NCBI RefSeq assembly: GCF_902652985.1
Contig: NC_047015.1
Span: forward strand, 30,752,001 to 30,816,000
DNA from: Pecten maximus
Taxonomy: Eukaryota
Reading direction: 5' to 3'
Length of the DNA stretch: 64,000 bases
Shown here in pieces: positions 30,254 to 43,100 of the stretch (the stretch's first letter is position 1; every line of letters starts with the position of its first letter). Under the pieces are notes generated by a model, which ran no database searches, was not told the origin of the DNA, and saw nothing but the letters and a program-made list of their open reading frames with translations. Made by a program: the position numbers and the translations under genes.

Positions 30254-31919
30254 TATCAAATTGATTGATACATGTAGTTGCCACTCCATGCTGATTTCAT
30301 TATATCATTACATCATGTGCATACAATGCTAATTATGGTAATTTATAATTCTTTGCATGGCATTTTCTTCTCTTTTCTTTGCATTTGCATCCTATTTTTT
30401 AATTGTAAATTTTTTTCCGTCAATAGGCAATATCATTTCTTTCAACAAAGAAACAAATAATTTGGTATGAATTACATATATAATTTAGTATTATGTAGGG
30501 AATACAAGGCTTCAATATCAGTGTCATTGAAAATAAAAGATTTATGTTATATAAGTGTTAGTAAAATACTGTAATGTTGATCTATAGAATTTATTTTCAT
30601 TTTTATTAAGCGATAGTCCCTGGGTTTGCTGGATAAGCCCTGCATTTACTTGTATTGTAAAATTATTGTAAAATGTTATCTTTAAGTTTCTTGTTTGTCT
30701 GAAAGGAAAGGTGATTGAAGTAATATATATATAATCAGTTATAATATCACTTTAAACAAAATACTGCTTCTAATAACAAAAAACACACTTTTAAAATGTT
30801 AATCATCCAGTGTATATAAAGTATAAAGCAGGAAGGCAAGTTGTGTGCCTCCATCAGGGAATGCCAACCGATTCCTAGCTTGCTGCTAATGGGAAATATT
30901 TAGCCCAATTATGTTCAACCTGCCACTTGTACATTAGATTTTAACACCACCATTATCAGATGGTCAACTGTTCAAATAGCTGTTCATCTATGGTCAGACC
31001 ATAAACAATCTTTGTTCTTGCTAATTTTTGAGAGCACTTCATATGCATAGCTTCTTTGTTCCTTGTTGTATATGTTCAAGAGAGAGATTGGGAAACAAAA
31101 TGGCTGACAGATGACCATTTTGAATTTTGACTGTTGAAGTTTGTTATCACTTTTTCTCTGTGGATTATTACTACATTGTATACAGTATAGGAAAAAAATA
31201 ATTCTTTTTTTGTATGTGGTTGTGCATGATCAATTTTGGAACTGATTAGAAGTAGAAAATTGAAGTAATATTTTGTGAATGCCATGTGAAGATAGAACAG
31301 GTAATTGTTATGTGGAAAAAGGAGAAAAGTACACAAAAGTTCAAACCTACATAGAACCAACCAACTTCAATGGTGCTTATCAGGATTCTTAGGGAGCTCT
31401 TTGTTAAAATTTTATTGTTGTGGCAGGCTGGTCATTGTTTTATTTAGGTTAGAGAAGGACAGTAAAAATGGTTGTCATCCACACACGGATAAATTTATTC
31501 TATTTTGAAGAGTCATTGTGAATATTTACTTTTGTACCACCTCTGGCTGTGGAGTGTTGTAGCAACCAGTTCAGAGTGATGACAATTTTGAATGCATACA
31601 TATCATCGCAGCATGTCTTCAAGAGTGTATAGATATTTCCCTATTTGTAAGCATTTGTTTGCTTCCTAAAATATCATGCTTCAACAGACTTCATTTCAGG
31701 TCTGATTACGATAAAACTTCATGAATTTCACCTCATTGTACCTTGTACAAATTTACAATATAAACTTTTGGGATCAAAAATAAGGTTACAATTTAATTAA
31801 AAACGAGAATGGTGTGTCATCCTTGCTTATCATTTCTTTATTTCTGTTAAAGCTTCTAATAGAAAAATAAATATTCACAAAAATCTTTTCTTCATTTCTA
31901 TTAAAGCTTCATATAAATG

Positions 31920-33108
31920 CATACATGCCATATTTTTGGGAGACCAATAAGGGAGATTGATGATTATTTAAGGGAATTTTGCCTAAAATAAGGGAGATTT
32001 GTGCGCGACATAAATATCGACATTTTTACTCAATTTTTTAGCAATTAACTAATTTTGAAAGTGATAAAGAATATTTGTATTTATTTTAGATATTAATCAT
32101 ATTGTATATGCAAACAACAAAAAGTTGTATAAGGTAAAAAATGCAATAAGTATACATTCAGATTCTGATGATATGAATTTTTTTCCGATTTTTTTTATGT
32201 AACACAAAAAGTTTCACAGCTTTATGCACATTGCATAACAGCATTTGAAAAGGGTATATTATAATTACATGTAGCTAAAGATTAAGACAAGCAAGTTATT
32301 CATTTATCAGTTTGGATTTTCTTAAAATTAGAAAGCTTGATCCACTCTGAGGGAACACATCAGTTGTAAAAATCACCATGAAATGTCCTGTGGGATACCT
32401 TATGTTGGACCATTTAGATATAAAAATATTCCAAGTGTGCAAGTGTATACATGAAATTATGAGAACGGAAGATGTTAATGTTAGGAGACTGCAGTAAATC
32501 TTATCACGATCATTCTAGATTTTGTATATTGTCTCTGTCATGGACTGTACAGTCATTGTAAACACCATGATTGACCACTTTGTAACGACCAACAGATGTG
32601 CTAATTTGATAGTTTTCTAAAAGAAATTATCGGATTTCATCTTGCTATCACTGATCAACGATACACATGGTAAATGAAAAACACGTGTGATTTTGCGTCT
32701 GACCAGACTCTGTATCAATTACCATCATCAAAGTATGGTCCTAAAAGAAAACAAACCATAATTCAAGTCTGTTAGCTAAGGGGGTTAAAATTGTTTGTAA
32801 GCGACTTGCCTTTATTTCATGGTGATAGATATTCTAGCTTAAACATAACACTAGCCAGAGCTTCGTGTGAAAGGCGTGTCCAACAGGCGCCATTTTGATT
32901 GAGTGATCACGTGAACAGATGGATCACGTGATTGCTAAATTTAGTCAAATCTCGCGAGAAAAACACTGTATTGTAAACAAAAATGGCGTCGGCAAAAATA
33001 CCGGAGGGAATTACAAAATACGGGAATTTTGGCTCTCCTGCCGGGAGGAAATAAATGACTTGAAAATAAGGGAGATTTTGTCTCACGCCGGGAGGTATGG
33101 CATGTATG
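31920..33108. mobile_element. Non-autonomous DNA transposon with 13-bp TIRs and 6-bp TSD
   Basis: CATACATGCCATA ... TATGGCATGTATG flanked by TAAATG on both sides; repeated aataagggag/cgggag subterminal motifs. Confidence 0.8.
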
Positions 33109-34936
33109 TAAATGTTCACAAAAATGTTATCACTTGTATTTACTTTTTTTACCTTTTTGGTCAAAAACAAGGTCACTTTTACCAAGATACCTGTGCATCA
33201 TTGCTTGATTTTAGTGTTCTGAAACTTGACACGCACATTTAGAAATATCAGTAATTACCTTCTGCGGTTTAAAGCAATGCCAGCCTTGTTATGTTTATGG
33301 TTCCTTTCAATTTTCAGAATATTGGTACTATCTACAATACTATCTTATTCTACACAAATTTAAAATTCTCTTAAAAAGTGCAAAAGGTGCCATAAGAGAC
33401 TTTGTAAGTTAAATTCCGTCAAATATTGTTTTTGATTAAATGTTGAGTCATGATTTTATGCTTGTTATATACACGATATTGAAAGAAAACAGATTTTCAT
33501 GTACTTTGTTACTTCTATTTAGATTAAGGTAGTGTGTCCCATCACTTACTACTGTATACAGGCCTTTGTACAGTTTTTATTTTGTAATTCTGTTTGTATG
33601 AAATAACTGTGTTCTGTATATTCATAGAGATATAATTATAGACTGCAGGTTTTTTTCTGGAAGTGGGAAGGTTTTGAAATTTTGTATAGTATTAGTACTG
33701 TTGCAGAGAAGTAATGTATAATGATCGGTATTGTAATAACCTTCTAGTTTTTTATCATGAGTCCGATTCTCAGTAGTATGTGAAAAGTAAACATATAGTG
33801 AAAACGTTTCTTTACAGTACCTGCATAACTAAAGGGGAAGCAACGTCTATGTTGGAAAGAAAATGCAGTATATAGAGTGTTGGGACCCTCCACCTTAACT
33901 TCTGTTTTACACTGTATTTAAATTATTATTTCAATCCACATTGGAATGTGCAAACATTTAATCAAACTGGCTATTATGTACTTAATGAATTCCAGATTGT
34001 TCACTATTTTGTGGATACTTTATAGTTTGTTGATTGTCTAATGCTCTCAGTTTAGATGGATAGTTTCATTTTCAACTGTTCCATTGTGATTTGTCTGTGT
34101 ACTGGATATTCAACTCCAAACTGTATCTCTCAGGTACATGTAATGTACTTGTATGACAGATTGAGAAATAAAATTATATTTTGAAATTGTTTTTGCGAAA
34201 ATTATTTTAAGAATTGTGATTATTTTAATTAACTTTTGAGACATGAAAGATTTCTGGACGTTTCACAAAATAAATCTTATGTTGACTGCCATCAATGCAT
34301 TATTGCCTCATGCACAGTGTATTGGATAATACAGTTATTTCCTACATTTCCACTTGTTCCTAACATAATCATACACCTTGACCTATTTTCAATGTCACTG
34401 TGGCCAAATGTATTGAAATATTGGGCCAGTGACATGTCCTGGGATAAAGGTTTACCAAGTTAGATCAAATGATTAACTTTTTCCTATTTTCAAGGTCACA
34501 GGGATCATCTGTTAAGATCTTTTAACAAATTCCTCTAAGTAATCAAGAGGCTGACGGTCATGATTTTGGGCAAGTAGCCTGTTCAAATAAATGACTTTGA
34601 CCTTTTTTTAAGGCCACAATGGTCAAATGTGTTGAAATTTCCCAATACATTGTATGTTTTCCTGCACACTAACATTCCGAGGTGTGATATTAGAAGTGTA
34701 ACAACTGCTGAAACATTCATGACATTGATTCATTCCAACAACATCATTTAAATGGGTCCCCTGTATAGTTTCAGACTATTATGGTGTAAAGACAGTCTTG
34801 ATCCAAATTGTGAAATAGAAATGTGTATTATTCACGATGGCATATGCATGTTCTCTCTTAGACTCACTAATCATGAACTACACATTTTTCGCCAACTGAC
34901 TCGATTTAACCACAGGGCATGTCTAGTCTTATATTA

Positions 34937-35930
34937 AACAAGAGATCCCAGAGGGATCTTGGCGCCCACCATTGAATGATCTTTACAGGTTCTATGTCAG
35001 ATTGATCTTCTCTCTATTTTCCCCTTCCTTTTATTAATCTGTGCAAATTGAGAAACATCCCTCAGTACAATCAAGGGAATCTTAACTATATGAAATTTGA
35101 GATTTAGCGATAATGGCTGTTTGTTAGCCAGGTTGTTTTAAGGACAGATTGGTCCCAAAATGAAATACAAGGGACAAAGGGGAACCTACATATGAAATTT
35201 GAGAAAGAATCCTTCAGTACTTTCTGAGAAGTAGCGATAACAAACTTCAATTGTCAAAATCCAAGATGGCTGCCTGTCGGCCATGTTGTTTTCCGATTGG
35301 TCTCAAAATGCAATATGCTTAACTAGGCTCCAAGGGGAACCTACATATGAAATTTGAGAAAGATCCCTTCAGTACTTTCTGAGAAATAGCGATAACAAAC
35401 TTCAATTGTCAAAATCGAAGATGGCTGCCTGTCGGCCATGTTGTTTTCCGATTGGTCTCAAAATGCAATATGCATAACTAGGCACCAAGGGATACCTACA
35501 TATGAAATTTGAGAAAGATCCCTTCAGTACTTTCTGAGAAATAGCGATAACAAACTTCAATTGTCAAAATCCAAGATGGCTGCCTGTCGGCCATGTTGTT
35601 TTCCGATTGGTCTCAAAATGCAATATGCATAACTAGGCACCAAGGGATACCTACATATGAAATTTGAGAAAGATCCCTTCAGTACTTTCTGAGAAATAGC
35701 GATAACAAACTTCAATTGTCAAAATCCAAGATGGCTGCCTGTCGGCCATGTTGTTTTCCGATTGGTCTCAAAATGGAATATGCATAACTAGGCACCAAGG
35801 GATACCTACATATTAAATTTGAAAAAGATCCCCTCAGTACCTTCTGAGAAATAGCGATAACAAGAATTGTTTACGGACGACGGACGCAGGGCGATTTGAA
35901 TAGCCAACCATCTGATGATGGTGGGCTAAA
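34937..35930 (-). mobile_element. HINE/Helentron-type element carrying ~5 copies of a 155-bp repeat
   Basis: aaacaagagatcccagagggatcttggcgcc hairpin end. Period 155 measured (caaac at 35241, 35396, 35551, 35706). Other end has ggacgacggacg microsatellite and tagccaaccatctgatgatggtgggctaaaa inverted repeat. Confidence 0.88.
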
Positions 35931-35935
35931 AAAAA

Positions 35936-37232
35936 CCCAGAAATACCTATATATATTGACGTCAATATATTCAGTGCTGTCCAGTTGAGTTGCGCACTTC
36001 GCCAGTGATTGGCGAGCTATAGGGATGCCAAAATGGTTCAAACAAGTGATGTTTAATAACAAGCCACAACAATATGTGAATATTTCATTTTGAGTGTAGT
36101 TATTTATATTAAACTTAAAAAGAAACCAACAACAATTATTTCAATATTCTTGATTTAACAACAACATTTGTGTGTCAAGATACATGTGCATGTAATTGTA
36201 TGCACAACCACGTACTGTTTTAACCGTTGTCTTACGCCTCAAGCGCACATTTCGCACAGAAAAAAATGTAATCATCAACCAGATGATCTTCATCCGCACA
36301 GAACTGCAGATGGACCCAACCTTTACAAATAAAGCATTGTCCCCACGGTACAAATTTAACCCCATTGTTCAGGTTGAACCCTTCCGGTTGCCACTTGCCA
36401 CAAACAACACAAGAACTCTCTTATTTCTTCGCGAGTCCTTTTCCTTTCCCACCGGGTATTCCCTTTCCGTGTTTCTTTTGTTCTACTTTCCTTTTTTCAA
36501 ACAACCCTCCTCTGTCTGCTCAGGCTATATATCAAGAAGTTCAATTGTTCTTGGCACCGAAACACAGTCACTAACAGTGACCACTTCGTTTTCACTCGAC
36601 TTGTACGGTGTCTTGGATGTACATTGTAGTTTCCCCCCTACTCTTTTGCCTGCCTTTCCTCCCTTTTTGCTTTCTTTTCCTCCTCTTCCTTCTTTTTTAC
36701 TCCGATTGCTGTTTTTTTTTCCATTTCATACGCTTCATCCTCTGTTATTGCCCATCCTGCTGGTGATACAAATGTTGCCTTCCTTTTTTCCCTCTGCCTC
36801 TCTTCCTCATTTGTTTTCTTTACATTGTCGAATTTTGCTGACGTTTCTGCAAACATAATTTTAATGTTTCTGTTGTCTTTTTCTTTCCTTTCTGGATATG
36901 GCCGTTTTATTTTAATAGGATTTCTATTATAATTTGGTTGAATAGAGTATCGACAAGACTGTCTTAGACTGGCCCCCTGTCTCTAGAATATTAAAATTAT
37001 GAATAAAATTGAGCTTCATGATTTTGATCCCTAGGATATGTCTGTTTCAAACTAGGGGCAGATTATCTAGTATTAGAATTTAGCTTGGCAATTCTTAACA
37101 AAACAACTTAGGGTCTTGTGGCCAGTCTAAGACTCTCTACGTGTCACCTGTTTTGAAGTCTCCAGTTAAATCACAGGGGCATGTCTAGTCTTATATTAAA
37201 AATTAACGTCAATATATAAAGGTATTTCTGGT
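35936..37232 (-). mobile_element. Internally deleted pogo/Fot1-like transposon
   Basis: ~26-bp TIRs CCAGAAATACCT(A/T)TATATATTGACGT at both ends, TA after the right end, and a transposase-like C-terminal remnant inside. Confidence 0.75.
36232..36856 (-). pseudogene. Disrupted transposase C-terminus: K/E-rich linker plus PHD finger
   Basis: 36420-36232 translates ESSCVVCGKWQPEGFNLNNGVKFVPWGQCFICKGWVHLQFCADEDHLVDDYIFFCAKCALEA* (C4HC3). The upstream linker has in-frame stops and frameshifts. Confidence 0.75.
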
Positions 37233-38559
37233 TATTTTTTTTATATATTTTAAAATATATATCAAAACTAAATATCACTTGTTTTCCCAGTTAAAAATAC
37301 ATATCATAGGACGATAATAGCTGCAGCCTCAATATGAAAAGTATAAACAGGTCGACTGTTCAGTAATTCCATATTTTAATGGAAACATTACAGAATAAAA
37401 GGAATTCTCCCTTAACCAATGTTTTTTTCCCTAACACATATTATCATGTGTTTCTGTCCCGACAAACTTTAGCTCGCTAATATAAGGAACGTTGATGAAA
37501 CCGGGGGCAGAATATGTGAATACTCTGGAGTATAAAAGTTTTAAAAAAGAAAGAAAGGGGGGGAAAAAGTAAAATTAAACTCCTCCACATTATACAAGCA
37601 TGATAGGTGTCAGACTTGTGTCGCACAAACTGAAACTTGAACGACACATGGGTTCATGGTGCACTTAATCATTTTATCTATATATATCTGTATTTATTCA
37701 GATTGATGACAACGTAGAGTATATACGTATAGGACTGCTTGGTTCCCTGTACATTCCAGTTGTCGCTGATATACTAAATTTCCTCTGTTTCCTTGATCGC
37801 CTGATAATAAGCCAACAAAGTGAAATAATGCCAAAATGAGTAGGCCGAAGTTGCTAGCCTAAGCGTTGGTCTTTTTCCCTCTAAAGTTAATTGCGCTACG
37901 ATTGATTGATGGTTATGATGTATCATTTAAACTATTTGATGAAAGAGTATGTCAATAACTCTCCCTGCTGAACCTCAACTCTCTTTTGTTGTCCCCTTTT
38001 AACACCCTTCCTCTGCACCTCCCTCTCCAGATATTCTGTGCCAATGGAAACTGTTTCTAATTTGTTTCATCACATAATCGGCCTGTTATCCAATGAATTC
38101 GACTTTGGAATATTGTATTGACTTTCAAGCTTTTACTTGTCAAAGCTCGCAAATTTGAATACTTCTGGGACTCGTTTCATAAAATCGCATATGAAATGAA
38201 AACTCGGTTAAAACCATTATTTCCGTGTTTACCATTTCTGTCCGGAAAAAAAACAGCATTCGTTTCTCCTTGCTATCTTTCAGGACTTTTCTTCTAAGTG
38301 CATTTGTCAGTCAAATCAATATATAATCTAATATAACGGATGTATTGACAGACAAGGCTATATACCTGTGTACAGCTAGACTAGATCAAAGTTTTGTTAA
38401 AGCGGCGCCGCTGTTGGTGGGTATACACTTGTGAGACAAAGAACTTCGGCATTAATCCTTTCTTTGTCCCCCCCCCCCCCCCCCATTATTTTTCTATTTA
38501 TTGGGGGCGGTTGGGTGGTTGGGTGATGATAATTATAAGTCTTCATCACTTTTGTTAAT

Positions 38560-38990
38560 TGAAACAACAGATCCAAAAGGGATCTTGTCGCCCACCATCG
38601 GATGACCTTTATTGGATCAATTTGAGAAAGATTCATCAAGATCTCTCCTGAGAAACTGAGTTGATGGGCTGGTGTTTGACGGTTTCTTTCCTTCGCGTAC
38701 GGAGGAACTTCTGTAAGAGGACTGTAGAAGCTAGCATTTTACGACAAAAGGTGGCAACACAATAAAGCTTGTTTGCTCTTTTGATACTGTGAATGGTCCT
38801 AATCGATTGCGGTTGATAGCCTGCAGTTTCCTCATATGTAGAGTATATATGTGGAAACTGTCTGTAATAAATTTCGGAGAATAGCGATACAATTAATTTC
38901 AACCGTCAAAATTCAAATTTTAAATGACTGCCAGCCATCTTGTATTCTGACCAGTCTAAAAATGGATTATGCACAACTACAGACCAATTA
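38560..38990 (-). mobile_element. Fragmentary copy of the 155-bp HINE family
   Basis: aaacaacagatccaaaagggatcttgtcgcccacc end and a degenerate repeat unit (atagcgata..ttcaaccgtcaaaat). Confidence 0.55.
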
Positions 38991-40178
38991 AGGGCATTAA
39001 GGATGTACACTTTACCCTTCTGTGGTTTCAATCACGTTCAGTCTCGATTTGATCTACAAGCTTAGTGTAAGAGTTTTAACAAGAGTTATTTAACAAAGTA
39101 TTGTCACTCTCATTAGCAAATACGAATCTGAAAAGTGTGTCAAAAATGTAGATGTCTGGTGTTTATAAAACTTTTTTCACAAGAATTCTAATAAATCATT
39201 AATCAGGCGTCCATTTTGAAAATGTGCATTTCTTGCCCTTCATATGAAATGCACAAATTTCATCTTTTATTTTTTACTCTAGATTGATCACTCAAATCAC
39301 AGCGTGTGGCCATTTTTAAATGTAGCTAGTTCATTTTTCTGTACAACTTTGTAATGTTCAATATCATGAAAATAATATACAACAATGTGGAAAATTATAC
39401 ATTTTATTGTTTTTGTTAACGTTTCTGATATAACTTAAACAATTCTAAGGATTTCTGACCCCGCAAATAATAATGGAACAAAAAGGAAGTAGGCCTACAC
39501 GGACATCCCATTTTTATGGCTGTTTTAGAAAGAATAGCTTGTTTTCTTTTAATCTGCTTAATTTTTTTTTTTTTTAAAGTTCAATAGCAGAAATTTGTAT
39601 ACAAATTAAAGCGTTGATATGCAAAAAAAAGGTGTTTTGCTATCAAGAGTTAAGGGCTAGGGGTAGCTTGAATTGCGATTGTGAGATAGATTAACAGGCT
39701 AACGAAATTAACTTCCATAATTCAAAGGAAAATAGTATTTTTGTCAGCTTTGCAACCATACATATCTGACAACACAGATGGAATATATTGTATGGATTTA
39801 TCCTGTATAAGGTCAAAACAGGAAAATTCACTTAAAATCACATTATCTTTATTATGTCAAATTGGTATCTTGAATTAGACCGATCATAGCACAATAACGG
39901 GAACACGGACACATGATTTTCCTTACATTTTCTGATAATCTTTCCAAAAAGGAATATGAGAAATAAAGTTTAATCGACTACAGGATTTGTATTATTATTT
40001 ATTTATTTACTGTATTTATTTGTTTACGTCACAGATGTGTTTCATAATAAAAATGATATTTGAGAGAGATCCAGGGAAATACTGATAACAATCTTATAAC
40101 GACAGTCCAGCAATAACAAGGAAGATAACTCGTACGAAGCTCTTCAGTTATAGAAACAAGAAAAGGTCAGCTGCAAGA

Positions 40179-43100
40179 ATGGCGGAAGTGAGTGTCTGCG
40201 ATTTTTTCTCAAACGAATTATTTTTATTGAATAGGCAGTCACACATATTTTCTTAATTTATATTGACAATTTAAAGTCTTTTTGTTTAAATGTTGACAAT
40301 TGGAGAAACAAACCTTTAACGTATTAGCTTACAAACCGTAAATAGTTGGGTAATTCCTCGTCGAAACGTCACATGACATAAAATCGCATGATGATAATGA
40401 TGCAGTTATTGTTACAACTTATGATGTTTCTTATACAATAAAGAAACCATACCCAAAGAAGATACCAGAGCCATTATATTTAATCTGGCTTTTATAATAA
40501 GCAGGCGTCGTGCTAACCACAGAGAGATCCGACATCGGGTTTGTGTTTTGCCATGTAATCTTACCATTTAAACTTTTTTTTTTTTCAAATAATTTTCCTG
40601 GATTTGTTAATAGCAAAAGTTTGTAACCCGAAAATTTTTTTTGTTTAATTATCATTTGATATTTCCACACGGTATTTTCTGTTGTCATTTACTTCAGAAA
40701 TTCAAATTTATTTTACAATATTTATTTTTGTAACGTCATTTGGATGATAATTTGGTACGTTAATGAATGATGATGGTGCCAAGAGTAATTTAGTTTTGTT
40801 GTAATTTTTAATTTCTACCGACATATCAGGTATTTGGCATCAAAATTTTACATGAAGAATGTACAGATATATTTCTTTTATAACACAACACTAAATTTCA
40901 ATAAAATGTTACCATGAATGAAGGCAGAACATGTGCACGTTACTGAAAAAAGTTGAAAATACAAAGAAATTGTAGCAGATGAAGTTGTGAGGAAAGATTT
41001 TGACCTGAAAGTGTTTAAGACTGGACGCGTCTGGTGTGCTAACAGCGATCTGTGTGGCTGTATGTTTTTGGGTCTATCACCCTGTGAACGGCCAAGATCA
41101 TTTTGAGGCAGGGTCTCCTTGTAGTAGTCTGTGACTACCTCTGTATAGCCTCACTGAACAAAATACGGGAGGCCTAGCCCAAGTTTCCCCTGGCCCTGAC
41201 ACCAGACATGGGCCATGAAACTTGGGTGAATGGGAGAATGTCATTCAGTGCAATAATATTAGGGTAAAGTGTCTTGCCCAAGGACACAACCAAAACAGCA
41301 CAGAACTGTTTGTTTCTCAGCTTTCCAAGAAACAGCGACGGAGCGTCAAACCATACGCGTACCTAACCACACACCTTGGACCTGTATGATGGTTTGTGTC
41401 ATGCAATGTTGGTGTTATAACATGATTCAGACATATGTTCTATATATACATTATGTATATATCAATCTTAAATGAGTTGTCATATGAGATATGAGATGAA
41501 AGGAGCCTTAGACATTTTTATTTTTGCATATTTTTTCCATAAAATCTCATGAAATAAAAACAAATTTAAGATACATTACCCAGAAGATTTCCATTTTGCC
41601 TGGTAAAAATGTGGAGAGCTTAACCAAACGGAGACATTTTCTTGTGCCGTTCACACGCATCATTATCCATATTATGTCTATGATGTCACAATCGATTTCT
41701 GATCAACCTGACCAATGAAGAATGCTCCAGAGTATTCGTCTGTACTATGCGGTCTAATTCACTGGATAACAGCCCGATAAGTGATAAAAGATGTGATAGT
41801 GCTGTTACTTAATTAGTATTACATGTACATTGATTCCTATGATGTTATAAACCTTTATCATGCATACAACATATTTATTTTCAGGAAATTAAAACATACC
41901 TGTCCAAATTGATGAAAACGTGAGTAGATATTGTTATGCAAATTTTTATGTCCCAGCCATAAAATAAGGGAGAGCATATAGTGTTTCCCATGTCCGTCAT
42001 GTCGTGTTATGCTGCATCACATCCCATCCTGTACCGATTCAATGTAAACACTTAGCAACTTCATTCTGTGACAGAGTTTGGTCAGACTTTATTCAAAGGT
42101 CGAACTTCTTTCTGTGACAGATTTTGGTAAGACTTTATACAGAGGTCGAATATGAACACATTTTGGATATAGTGTGTTTCAGCATTCCAGTATCTAGGCC
42201 AAGGTCATGCTTGCTTTATATAGAAAATCATCAGCTGATTCAATGCAAACACTTGGCAATTTTATTCTTCCATGGAGTTTGGTAAAACTTTCTGCAAATA
42301 TCACATGGCAGCGGAGGCATTTAAGTCTTGCAGACATTTTCTAATTTCATGATCCAGCTAATGTAAATGTATTATAAATGACAAGTTTGTGAGCAAAATT
42401 GGCTGTACTGTACCGTATGAATATTAAACCTACAATTTAAAGAAATCTTTTGCATTCATTTCATTAAGATACTAAGATTTCATATTAATATTAAACATGT
42501 TCTTCAGGTTGGTAAGTATGAATAGACTGTGGTATATCACAACCGGTGTAGGATTTGGCCAAGATGAGGGGGCCAGTAGACTCCTGCTGCATATCTATGA
42601 CCCGGTTATAAACCAAGTGAAGCTGAATTGACTTCTATACCATTTGCCACCTCATCAGTGTACAAAGACTATAGTGCAGACAAATAACACCTGTCTATTT
42701 GTACAATTATACACACAACATTTGAGTGAACATTTCTGCTGCTCTGGTCATTTGTCTGGTGAAGATGACACACACAAATCATACACACGTTTTGATATAA
42801 CAAAGTCTATTCACAAGATTTCATGTTTAAATATACAGTGAAGTATTGACAAGCAATTTGTCATATACATACATGTATATACATATATACCGGTATAAGC
42901 ACAGAAAAATGAACATGTGAACAGCCCATAAATTAACAGGCATTCGTTAATTTTTGTGTAATTCATACAATACTTACAAATGGAGGCATGTCCTTAATTC
43001 GAAGATTTATTCCAAATGTTTTGATGTTTTCTTTGTTGCAGAGTTACAGGCCTTTATGCTATTTTGGTAACAGACAGAGATGGTGTTCCAGTTGTCAAGG

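Noticed and set aside
36196-36858. 220-aa hydrophobic plus-strand ORF
   Set aside because: It is the antisense shadow of the K/E-rich and PHD transposase remnant. The same applies to 11454-11873, 57483-57908 and 44189-44377 opposite real exons.
37940-38180. Possible decayed coding sequence on the minus strand (MKRVPEVFKFASFDK*...)
   Set aside because: Several stops and no recognisable homology.
38997-39672. Possible TTAA-flanked (Crypton/Kolobok-like) element
   Set aside because: Convincing matching termini could not be identified.
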